Of a DNA stretch of 64,000 bases, positions 22,901-32,246 are shown in pieces. This DNA comes from a virus (taxonomy: Duplodnaviria > Caudoviricetes). The position numbers were made by a program, and so were the translations under genes. Each line of letters starts with the position of its first letter. Position 1 is the first letter of the stretch. The stretch covers positions 1 through 64,000 of the IMG/VR virus record IMGVR_UViG_3300028805_000057. One strand, 5' to 3'. Under the pieces are notes generated by a model that was not told the origin of the DNA, searched no databases, and worked only from the letters and a program-made list of their open reading frames with translations.

Positions 22901-23603
22901 TTATGAGGTATTTTCTTGGCCAGTAAAAAATAATGTACCACAGAAACCTAAAAGATATTTCTTTACAAATAGTAAATCTGCAAATAAATTTGTGGAGTTT
23001 CTTAATAAAATAGAACCCGATTATCCTCATTATGGTATGGAATTAACAGTATATGATCAATGTAATGATTATATCGATGGTGTATTGTTAGCAAATAAAG
23101 ATAATGAAGGTCTAATAGTTTATCCTGATGAAAATGATGTGGAAATGAGACATGATTGTCATTATTGTAATTATAGACATAGCATGTGCGAATATGGTAA
23201 AGCTCGTAATGAAGATATGGATAAAAAATACAATGAAGACAATGATATTCCAAAAGAACATTACTTTGAGTTTTTAAATGAATATTCTAAAAGATATCCT
23301 TGTGAATACTTTGAAATTGGTAAGTGTATGATTTGTCCACGAAATGATACTAATAATGAAGAATGTAAATCTCATCAGGCAGCATTCGATTGGGAAGGAT
23401 GTGATAATTATATAGCAGCATTATACCAAGCTCGAAAAGAAAGGTATTACAAAAAGCATAAAGAACAAATCGGTATTCAAAATAAAAAATATTATCAAAA
23501 TAATAAAGAGAAATATAGAGAGCGTAGTAAAAAATATGAAGAGGAACATAAAGAAGAAAGAAAGCTTTACAAACAAAAATGGTTCCAAGAAAATAAAAAA
23601 TGA
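22893..23603 (+). CDS. Cys-rich phage protein with basic helical C-terminus; partial paralog of 22525..22788
   Basis: shared MKIYE, KRYF, PCxYFEIG. Confidence 0.7.
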   Translation: MKIYEVFSWPVKNNVPQKPKRYFFTNSKSANKFVEFLNKIEPDYPHYGMELTVYDQCNDYIDGVLLANKDNEGLIVYPDENDVEMRHDCHYCNYRHSMCEYGKARNEDMDKKYNEDNDIPKEHYFEFLNEYSKRYPCEYFEIGKCMICPRNDTNNEECKSHQAAFDWEGCDNYIAALYQARKERYYKKHKEQIGIQNKKYYQNNKEKYRERSKKYEEEHKEERKLYKQKWFQENKK

Positions 23604-23653
23604 ATAAATGCTAAAATTAGAGAAAAAAGAAGAAAGAAAAAGGAGGAATCTGA

Positions 23654-24079
23654 ATGATATTAATTATAATATTCTCGATGCTCTTTTTGCACATAATAGC
23701 TGATTTCATTGTTCAAAATGAGTTTATGGCAAAATTCAAACAAAAATCAAAATGGAAAGATGCTTGTTTAGATGAATTTATAAAATATGAAAAAGCTAGT
23801 AAGATGCACAATAAATACAAACATGATTACATACCAGTATTATTTGTTCATGCATTCTCTTGGGCATTTATTACATATTTACCATTATTATATTATGTAT
23901 TTTATTCAAAGATATTAATGCCAGAAACATGGTGTATTTTTGTATTAATTCAAACATTTGTACATATGTATATTGATGATAAGAAGTGTAATAAATTTGA
24001 GATTAATTTAATAGTAGATCAGTTATTACATTTCTTACAAATATTAAGCGGAGAATTACTTATATGGATGGTGAATTAA
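23654..24079 (+). CDS. DUF3307 membrane protein
   Basis: LHIIADFIVQ...H...D..K...DQLLH. Confidence 0.8.
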   Translation: MILIIIFSMLFLHIIADFIVQNEFMAKFKQKSKWKDACLDEFIKYEKASKMHNKYKHDYIPVLFVHAFSWAFITYLPLLYYVFYSKILMPETWCIFVLIQTFVHMYIDDKKCNKFEINLIVDQLLHFLQILSGELLIWMVN

Positions 24080-24839
24080 TTGCAGAATATAGTGTAAGAG
24101 ATGCTGTAACAGATGAAGGTATGTTTTTTTATTGTCATTCTTGCAAAAATAGAATGTATAGTGTAAGGAAAGATAAAATGTTATATAATGGTGCAGAATG
24201 TCCTAAATGTAAAAAGATATTAAAATACAAGGAGGATTAAAATGGGAAAAGTAAATATGGTTAGAAAATCTAAAAACTCAGATTCTTTGTGTAGAACATG
24301 TCCTCATATAAATGAATGTGATGTATATCGTAAGTTTGGTAGTACATTTGATATATTATCATGTCCATTTACAGGACCTCAACCAGAAGATAATGTTGAA
24401 GAGTTTAAACCAAGGAAAGGAGAATAAAATGGTATTAGGATTATTTTTATTTATATTAGCATTTATTGGATTACTATTTACTGGTTTTATGTTTTGGCTA
24501 ATGATAAAAGTTGCTAAAGGATTACTCGGTGGTATTATATCATTTATTATTTGTATAACTGGTTTCATATTATTGTGTATAGCAATATACTTCTCCTTTC
24601 GTGATTCTATTACCAGTGATTATCGTAGTTGTGATGTTATTGCTACTTATGATATTTTTGATATGACCAGTATTGATGAAGATACAACATTAATTAACTA
24701 TGTAGATGATAATAAGGAGTTAAAGCATATTAAATCAGATAAAGTAAAGATATTTTATGATTTGAATGATGACAAGGAACCATATCTTAGGAAAGTAGAA
24801 TATTGGAGATGGTTTATTTACTGGACCGAAGTAGAGGTG

Positions 24840-24946
24840 CATATACGAGAGTAAATGGAACTATGTAATGAAATGGAATGGTAACATATACAAGAGTAAA
24901 TGGAACTATGTAATGAAATGGAATGGTAACATATACGAGAGTAAAT
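24840..24946 (+). repeat. 45-bp tandem repeat (2.4 copies)
   Basis: CATATAC(G/A)AGAGTAAATGGAACTATGTAATGAAATGGAATGGTAA. Confidence 0.9.
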
Positions 24947-25999
24947 AGTTATTCATTTGGTTTTGCGATTGTTTTAAGGAGGATTAATTATGTTAAGTTT
25001 AGAGTATATAAAAGAACACAATAAAGATATTGAGCAGGATAAATTCCTTGATGCAAGATGGACTAAGAGAATTCTTGACTTTTTACCTTATGAGGAATGG
25101 GAAAAGTATGGTTTTAAGGCAAGTGAAGACTTTGATCCTTCTACATATAAACCTAAAGAGTGGACAGAAGAAAATCTCATGGCTCAGCTTGATGAAGATG
25201 TGGAATTTGCAATTGAAAAAGCAAGAAATCATAGAGGTATTTCTGCTAGTTTAATGAATGATGTACTTAGGTCTTGGTGTATTGTTCTTGAGAATGGATT
25301 AGAGAATACTGAATATGGTTGGTATGGTGACAAGTTAATTAAAGCATTAAATGAAAAGTATAATCTTGGTTATAACACGGATGAGATATTTGATGAAGAA
25401 TTCTATGAGGAATGGTAATAAATATGATCGAAAGATGTAAAGAATGTCCGCATTGTCAAACAAATAATGTTTATCCTTTATCTAATAGAGAATATTGTAA
25501 TAAATGGCATTTTGAAGTGGAACCAGAACGCAATGCTTGTAAATATGCCGAACAATTTTTAAAAACAGAAGACAAACCAAAATTAAAAAAGAAACTATTT
25601 GATTGTACTATACAAGAAATTTCTGAAATGTGTGCAAAACATAATAATCATTGTAAAGATGAAGAAGGTAATTTCTGTCCTTTGATGTCAACAAATGATC
25701 CATTTAATGAATGTATGTTAATGTGGTTGGCTAAGAATCCGTCACATTGGATAAATTTTGCAGATAAGGAGATATAATATGTTAGGAATTGATAAAACAA
25801 CATTAATAGAAGCAATTAAAAATGCAGATGCAAAGATATTTACAGAAAAAAATTTAGAAGATTTGATTTGTAATTTAGGAAGAGCATGTGTATATGATCA
25901 TGGTAAAGTTGTATGGTATAATAAAGAAGAAGACGAAGACAATAACTATGACTTTGATAAGGATCATATACCTAAAGATCCTAGACATTAAAAGATATT

Positions 26000-26023
26000 C
26001 GCGAAATTGTTTGGTCGTACTAT
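26000..26023 (+). promoter_or_regulatory. CGC-N15-TACTAT motif
   Basis: heads 26064..26432; small leader hairpin immediately after. Confidence 0.65.
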
Positions 26024-26063
26024 AGGAGCGGTGGCTCTAATATTTTTAGTAGGAGGAATAGAG

Positions 26064-26432
26064 ATGGCTGAAGAAACAAAAGAAACTAAAGTAACATTCA
26101 AGGAAAAGTTTAAGAAAGCATTTCCCTGGATTGCAGGTATCGGAGTAACTATTGGTGGAACTGTTTTAGGTTTCAAAGTTGGAAAGTTAGTAGCAACACC
26201 TACTGGACATGAAAACGATGACTACATTAACAAGTATTTATTAAATGTTGTTAATGATGTTAAGCGTGGTGAAAAGTTCGGTGTTGGTATTATTGACGAA
26301 AATGGCAAGGAAACTTATGCAGAACTTAATGTAGTTGATGAAAAACCTGAATGGTGGGATAATTCGTATGAGGTTACTGATGAAAGTTTTTTCTGTAACA
26401 CAGTAACTTCAGTTAGTACTAAGACAGACTAA
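26064..26432 (+). CDS. single-pass membrane protein, paralog of 42078..42545 (start moved to 26064)
   Basis: AGGAGG RBS; KKxxxxIAGI TM and PxWW motif shared. Confidence 0.75.
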   Translation: MAEETKETKVTFKEKFKKAFPWIAGIGVTIGGTVLGFKVGKLVATPTGHENDDYINKYLLNVVNDVKRGEKFGVGIIDENGKETYAELNVVDEKPEWWDNSYEVTDESFFCNTVTSVSTKTD

Positions 26433-26613
26433 AAAAATATTTAGAAACAAATATGAGGAGTTGATAGAAATATTGGCTTCTCTTGTTTCTTTTTTAAAAA
26501 ATAACTAAAAAGAGAAGATATAAATTTAATGAAGATTGTTTGTAATGAAAATATTTTTAATAAAGGCCATAATACTAGAATTAATTCATAAATATTAAAA
26601 AGGAGACGAACAA

Positions 26614-26889
26614 ATGACAAATGGAGAAGTATTTATACAAGTTATGAATAACACATTTGGCATACAGGTTGCTCCTGAATTCTTTCAGAATCGGGCATAC
26701 TGTAATATGTTCAAATGTGATATGAAATGTCATACTTGTGAGTACGACAAGTTTTGGTTAGCCGAATACAAGAAACCAACACTAGAAGATATGAATCGAG
26801 AATTGATTGATAACTTAGTTGGCGATTTGGATCGAATTCTTCAAAAAGAAGAAGAGAAGAAAAATTCTGTTGACGGCATCTCATGGTAA
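26614..26889 (+). CDS. hypothetical protein with C-terminal GISW tag
   Basis: ends VDGISW*. Confidence 0.75.
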   Translation: MTNGEVFIQVMNNTFGIQVAPEFFQNRAYCNMFKCDMKCHTCEYDKFWLAEYKKPTLEDMNRELIDNLVGDLDRILQKEEEKKNSVDGISW

Positions 26890-26905
26890 GGTAGGTGATA
26901 TTTTT

Positions 26906-27142
26906 ATGACGATTGATTATGTATATTTTAAAGATATCGATAAAAAGATTATACTGCCATTTAGTTTAGAAGTTCCGGATAATTTAAAAGGAATCGAACT
27001 ACAAGCATATTGCTTCAGTAAGATTATAGAGAAGTATAATGAGATGCTTGGTTTTACTGAAGAAGAGGCTCAGTATCGTGATGCTTATATTCAGGGTTGT
27101 AAAGAAACTGTAGCGTTAACAATGGATGAAATAAGTTGGTGA
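26906..27142 (+). CDS. hypothetical protein with C-terminal EISW tag (start moved to 26906)
   Basis: ends MDEISW*; LPFSLEVPD resembles FPFSIDIPD of the next gene. Confidence 0.7.
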   Translation: MTIDYVYFKDIDKKIILPFSLEVPDNLKGIELQAYCFSKIIEKYNEMLGFTEEEAQYRDAYIQGCKETVALTMDEISW

Positions 27143-27153
27143 GGTGATCTGAT

Positions 27154-27612
27154 ATGAAATTCGATAATATTAATGCTACAGGATTAGGATATGGCAGAAT
27201 ATATTTTCCATTCTCAATAGATATACCGGATGAAGAATGTCAGAGATGTTCTGAAGCTGATAGAAATTATATAATTTTAGTTGAAGCAGTGTTGAAGTTT
27301 AAAGAAATTTGTGAAAAACAAAAAGAATCTATTGAAAAGAAGAAGAAAATAATAAATAATTTCTATGGTTCTAAACATGTTTATGACGAAGCAATTGATA
27401 CATTTAGAAATTATGTAACATCAGATAGTGCTCGTGATCGAACATACAAGGATTATGTAGCAACATGGGAAAATTATGATTACACAAAATGTTGCAATAG
27501 AATTGATGTAAAGAAAATAAATAAAAATGATACTGAAAGTACTGAAAATAATCTTAAAACAGAAGAATCAAATGAAGTAACGGCATTTACATCAGGAGAA
27601 ATCTCTTGGTGA
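27154..27612 (+). CDS. hypothetical protein with C-terminal EISW tag
   Basis: ends SGEISW*. Confidence 0.75.
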   Translation: MKFDNINATGLGYGRIYFPFSIDIPDEECQRCSEADRNYIILVEAVLKFKEICEKQKESIEKKKKIINNFYGSKHVYDEAIDTFRNYVTSDSARDRTYKDYVATWENYDYTKCCNRIDVKKINKNDTESTENNLKTEESNEVTAFTSGEISW

Positions 27613-27649
27613 TGCAAATAAAAAAAATAATTTTAAAGGAGACAAAAAA

Positions 27650-28348
27650 ATGGACAACATGATTAACAACACAACAAGTTTTATGAACGGAATGTTCGGT
27701 AAGTTAGGTAGCGGAATGTGCAGGATTACTGCAAACGGAAACATCGCTGTAAAGGCAGGTAAGGATTACAAGTATTATAATGTCAAGACAGGTAGACTTA
27801 CTAACTGTGCAAACTTTGTATTGCCGGTAAGCGATGACTTCTTCTTTGTTGTTCCTACAAGTAAGGTAAATGTAGGTGATGTAATTCTTGTAGATGATCA
27901 TGGTATCAGAAAGCCAAGATGTGTAAAGGAAGTAAAGGGCGATAGCATCACAGTTATTAACTACGAGACCAGCACCATTGAAACAATCCTTCCCGAAAGG
28001 CATATCTTCATGGGTAACGTATACTTCTACGGTAAGATCGTAAGCATCTTCGGCCAGAATCTGAATGGAAAGAAGAGTGGTAACAACATCTTCAAGTATA
28101 TGATGATGAGTGAAATGTTCAAGGGAATGTCGGGCAATAATACTAATGCTGGAAATGGCTTTGGTAATATGCTGCCTATGATGATGCTTATGAATGGTGG
28201 AAATGGTTTCGGTGATCTCTTTGACTTTGATCTCTTTGGAGAGGGTGCTCTTCCTACAGATATTCTTGAGGATGCAGAGGAAGAAGAAGAGGAAGAGGAG
28301 ACAATTGATGAGCCTGCTCCTGCTCCGGCAAAGAAGAGCAAGAAATAA
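27650..28348 (+). CDS. phage protein with Met/Gly/Asn-rich and acidic low-complexity tail
   Basis: AAGGAG RBS; C-ending codon bias suggests high expression; terminator at ~28364-28395. Confidence 0.8.
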   Translation: MDNMINNTTSFMNGMFGKLGSGMCRITANGNIAVKAGKDYKYYNVKTGRLTNCANFVLPVSDDFFFVVPTSKVNVGDVILVDDHGIRKPRCVKEVKGDSITVINYETSTIETILPERHIFMGNVYFYGKIVSIFGQNLNGKKSGNNIFKYMMMSEMFKGMSGNNTNAGNGFGNMLPMMMLMNGGNGFGDLFDFDLFGEGALPTDILEDAEEEEEEEETIDEPAPAPAKKSKK

Positions 28349-28468
28349 TTAAGATCATTCTATGAGGGTAGCTAAAGATATTTTGGTTACCCTCAAATTT
28401 TAAAAAAAGCATATTGAACAAAGTGAGATATGAAGTTTACTACTGAAAGGAGTAAAGTTTAGATTAAT

Positions 28469-28645
28469 ATGGGCGCATAAGCATTTAACCAGGAAGAACT
28501 TCAGGAATACGTAGAAAAGAAAGATGCTAAAGCAATAACTATTGACAATATTAAAACTGCAATTAAGGAACTTAGATCTTATGGATATGAAAACGATGAA
28601 ATTGTAGATCTTGTTAGGACACTTACAAAGGAGGCGAATGTTTAA
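28469..28645 (+). pseudogene. 58-codon frame with in-frame TAA at codon 4, coupled to the vWA gene
   Basis: ATG GGC GCA TAA GCA TTT ... GTT TAA; final stop overlaps the vWA ATG. Confidence 0.4.
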
Positions 28646-29508
28646 TGGGCGGAGGAAGTTGGACAAAAAGAGATTTTGTAAACTATACTTGTGCAACTAA
28701 GAGCACTGCAACTATTGATCATTTAACTGGTTCTTATACAGTCTCAAGTCACCAAGATATTTACAAGTCAAGAACAATGGCGGCAGAGCTTAATCCTAGA
28801 AATGTTACCAGGGAATGCTGTGATTCTGAAGAGCATCCTAATACAATTCCTGTAATCTTAGCTCTTGATGTAACTGGTTCTATGGGGCAGACAGCTCAGG
28901 AAGTGGCTCAGAAGCTTAATGTCATCATCACAGATCTTTACAGCAAAGTTAAAGATGTTGAGTTTATGATTATGGGTATTGGTGACTTTGCATACGATGA
29001 TTGTCCTCTTCAGGTAAGTCAGTTCGAGTCGGACATCAGAATTGCAGAACAGCTTGACAAGATATTCTTTGAAGGTGGCGGCGGTGGAAATAGCTATGAA
29101 TCATATACTGCCGCTTGGTATTTTGCATTAAAGCATACAAAGCTTGACTGCTGGAATAGAGGAAAGAGAGGAATCCTGATTACTTTAGGAGATGAGAATC
29201 TTAATCCTTATATTCCTTATAAGTCTTTAGCAAAAGCAACTGGTGACACACTTCAGGGAGATGTAGAAACAAAAGATATTTATCCTGAGGTTATAAAGAA
29301 GTATGATGTACATCACATTTATGTAGATCATCATGGATATGACTATGCGGACTTTAATACTTGGACAGAGTATCTTGACGGTCAGCATTTCCACAAAGCA
29401 AAAGTAAATGACATTGCAGCATTGATTACAGACATCGTTACATCTGCAGATACTAATGCAGGATTTGAAACAAGCGATACAACAAATGATGGAGGAATTA
29501 CATGGTAA
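28645..29508 (+). CDS. von Willebrand factor A domain protein ending GITW
   Basis: MIDAS motif LALDVTGSM; GGGG..ESY; LITLGDE. Confidence 0.85.
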   Translation: MGGGSWTKRDFVNYTCATKSTATIDHLTGSYTVSSHQDIYKSRTMAAELNPRNVTRECCDSEEHPNTIPVILALDVTGSMGQTAQEVAQKLNVIITDLYSKVKDVEFMIMGIGDFAYDDCPLQVSQFESDIRIAEQLDKIFFEGGGGGNSYESYTAAWYFALKHTKLDCWNRGKRGILITLGDENLNPYIPYKSLAKATGDTLQGDVETKDIYPEVIKKYDVHHIYVDHHGYDYADFNTWTEYLDGQHFHKAKVNDIAALITDIVTSADTNAGFETSDTTNDGGITW

Positions 29509-30692
29509 AAGATGTGAGTATTATTATCGGAGCAAATTACGGTGACGAAGGTAAGGGCCGTATGTCCGATTATCTCGCCAACAAAGCTATACAAGCAGGA
29601 CAGTCCACAATCACAATTTTGTCTAATGGCGGAGCACAAAGAGGTCACACAGTAGTGCTCGATAATGGTTTTACACATATCTTTCATCATTTTGGTTCAG
29701 GTACACTGACTGGGGCGGATACATATCTTCCCCAGTCATTTATCGTGAATCCGATGATATTTATGAAGGAGTATAATGAACTATTGAATAGTCCACTTGG
29801 CAGAGATACAAGTTTATGGCCAAAGATATTTGTGGATCCAGCATGTTTAATCTCTACTCCTTTTGATATGATGAACAATCAAATTATCGAAGAACACAGA
29901 ACACATAGACATGGTTCTTGTGGTGTTGGTATCTGGGAGACCATTTTAAGACAAGGTGCAAGTTTTCATGATTTTTACATGATGACTAATGAGCAGTTGT
30001 TTACCTATCTTAAATGGGTTCGCGATACTTACTCTGCAAAAAGACTGTCTGATAAGAACATAAAGTCATTTGGTGCATGGAAAGATATTTACTTCAATGA
30101 TAATATGATACATAACTATATTAAAGACTTTAGACAAATGTCAGCACTTATAAATGTGGATATGACCGGTGGAAGTTTCTTAAAGTCATATGACCACTTA
30201 ATATTCGAAAATGGTCAAGGTCTATTAATTGATTATGATTCAGATCCCGTTTATAGTACGCCAAGCTATACTGGATTAAAAGAACCATTAAAGATAATTA
30301 ATAGGCTGAAAGAGAATGATTATAATGTTAATGTTGAAGCATACTACATATCAAGAAGTTATTGCACAAGACATGGCATGGGTAATCTCCGGTTTGAATA
30401 TGATCCTAAAGATATTCGAGGTTTACAATTGAATTTGAATTCGGAAACAAATAAATTTAATACAAATCAGGGCATATTTAGGTATGGTAAAATTGATAAC
30501 TTTGATGATGTTAGAGCTTCTATTGAACAAGATTTATATAAGAATAATTATGTTGTAGACAATAAGAATGCAAATGTTGTTATAACGCATTGTGATGAAC
30601 TTGATGTACCATTTAATAAGATATTTGGACTTGGTAAGACATATAAAGTATATGGTCCAAAGAGAAATGATCCTGTAAATATAGTAAATTAA
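29502..30692 (+). CDS. purA: divergent adenylosuccinate synthetase family protein
   Basis: GANYGDEGKG, GGAQRGHT, HGSCGVGI, FENGQGLLID, TRHGMG. Confidence 0.8.
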   Translation: MVKDVSIIIGANYGDEGKGRMSDYLANKAIQAGQSTITILSNGGAQRGHTVVLDNGFTHIFHHFGSGTLTGADTYLPQSFIVNPMIFMKEYNELLNSPLGRDTSLWPKIFVDPACLISTPFDMMNNQIIEEHRTHRHGSCGVGIWETILRQGASFHDFYMMTNEQLFTYLKWVRDTYSAKRLSDKNIKSFGAWKDIYFNDNMIHNYIKDFRQMSALINVDMTGGSFLKSYDHLIFENGQGLLIDYDSDPVYSTPSYTGLKEPLKIINRLKENDYNVNVEAYYISRSYCTRHGMGNLRFEYDPKDIRGLQLNLNSETNKFNTNQGIFRYGKIDNFDDVRASIEQDLYKNNYVVDNKNANVVITHCDELDVPFNKIFGLGKTYKVYGPKRNDPVNIVN

Positions 30693-31613
30693 AAGGAGAA
30701 AATATGACAACTGAAGCATATGATGCGAAAGGTACAAAATATAAAGTAGGAATGGAGGTGTTGTTACCAGGTGGAGCGGACCTGTGGTATATTACAAAAA
30801 TTGAACTTGGACAGGATAATAAAGTTGGAAAACTATATTTAATAAATAGCAAATTTGATATGTTTGAAGAGATTCAAAGTATGAGACATGTAACTTTAAC
30901 AGGATATTTTAAACCAGAATTTAGTAAGATGGCTAAAGAACTTGATAAAAGAGATTATTGGGAGGTTAAAAAGAAATTATGATTAAATTTGATAGTGAAA
31001 AAGGAAGTCTTGAAATAAGTGGTAATGTTATGGAACTTTCTGCTGAGGCGCTTGCTTTGGTAAGAAGTATATATGTATCTATTGGCAAAGAAAATGAACA
31101 AGCTGCAGAAGCATATAAAAATTTCTTTGAAGAAATGATTGAAAGTGCTTTCCTGTCGAGTGAAGAACTTAATAAAAAAACTGAAGAACTTGAAAAGCGA
31201 AATTTTGAAATGATGAATTCTCTTGAAGAGCTTCTTAATGGATTGAAAGAAAAAATGGAACACATGAAAGACAAACATGATAAATCTAAAAATAGTAGTG
31301 ATACACTTCATGATGAATTTGAAAGATTTTTACATGGGGAGGAGTAAATGCTGATAGATAGATATATAAAAGAATTAAGTAAAATGGATGATCTTGTAGT
31401 ATCTGTAGATATAAATGACAAAATTACTGTAACTTTTGAGAATTTAGTTATAAAAGATGGACCTGGATTAAAAGGTGTTGTCGGACGAGGCATTGATTTA
31501 GATAAAGCGGTTGCAGATTTTATAGAACAAATCAACGGTCAATTATTAGTAAATGAAAAAGATCGTGAAATTCAATACAAAATATTAATACTTACAAAGG
31601 AGACTTAATAACA

Positions 31614-32213
31614 ATGGCAGAATTAAAAGATTCAGGTGCTAGAAGAGAGTTTGCTTCTGGTGCAGTCAGAGATATTGCAGAAGGAAAAGGCAGATGTGAT
31701 TTGCTGCCCTTAGATATTGTTGCAGAATTATTGAATATGTATCACATAGATAATGAAAATTCTGATGAACTTCATGATATTGCAGGTGATGCACATGAAA
31801 TATTAAAAAGCATAAATGAATTCGTTCGAAAAGGTAATACTCGAGATATTTATAATGCTATAGGTTATTTTATAGAGATTAGTGGATTCAAAACTATTCC
31901 TATAGCAATGATGGAAGTCTCTAAGCATTACGAAGATGGAGCAAGAAAATATGCAGAGCGTAACTGGGAGAAAGGAATTCCTTGTCATTGTTATGTTGAT
32001 TCAGGCGTAAGACATTTTCTCAAATGGATTGACAAATGGGATGATGAACCACATAATAGAGCATTTCTTTGGAATATGTTAGGATTACTTTGGACTGTAA
32101 AACATAAACCTGAATGTAATGATCTTCCTTATGTATTATTACAAAAAGAAGCTAGTGAGGCCGAAGACAAAGAATGGGGTACTGTTGAAGAAAGATTAGG
32201 CTCATTAAAGTGA
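31614..32213 (+). CDS. dATP/dGTP diphosphohydrolase (DUF5664-like)
   Basis: GAVRD..GKGRCDLLP, GARKY..RNWEKG, DS..RH, H...WN. Confidence 0.8.
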   Translation: MAELKDSGARREFASGAVRDIAEGKGRCDLLPLDIVAELLNMYHIDNENSDELHDIAGDAHEILKSINEFVRKGNTRDIYNAIGYFIEISGFKTIPIAMMEVSKHYEDGARKYAERNWEKGIPCHCYVDSGVRHFLKWIDKWDDEPHNRAFLWNMLGLLWTVKHKPECNDLPYVLLQKEASEAEDKEWGTVEERLGSLK

Positions 32214-32246
32214 AGATTTAAAAAATACTAAAAAGGAGAGCTAAAT

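Noticed and set aside
22455-24946. CRISPR array from the 54-bp and 45-bp repeats
   Set aside because: These are direct tandem duplications without unique spacers, and no cas genes are present
29502-30692. PurZ / diaminopurine genome
   Set aside because: The active-site motif is GDEGKG (Asp, PurA-type) rather than the Ser form of PurZ, and no DatZ-like gene was recognised in the window
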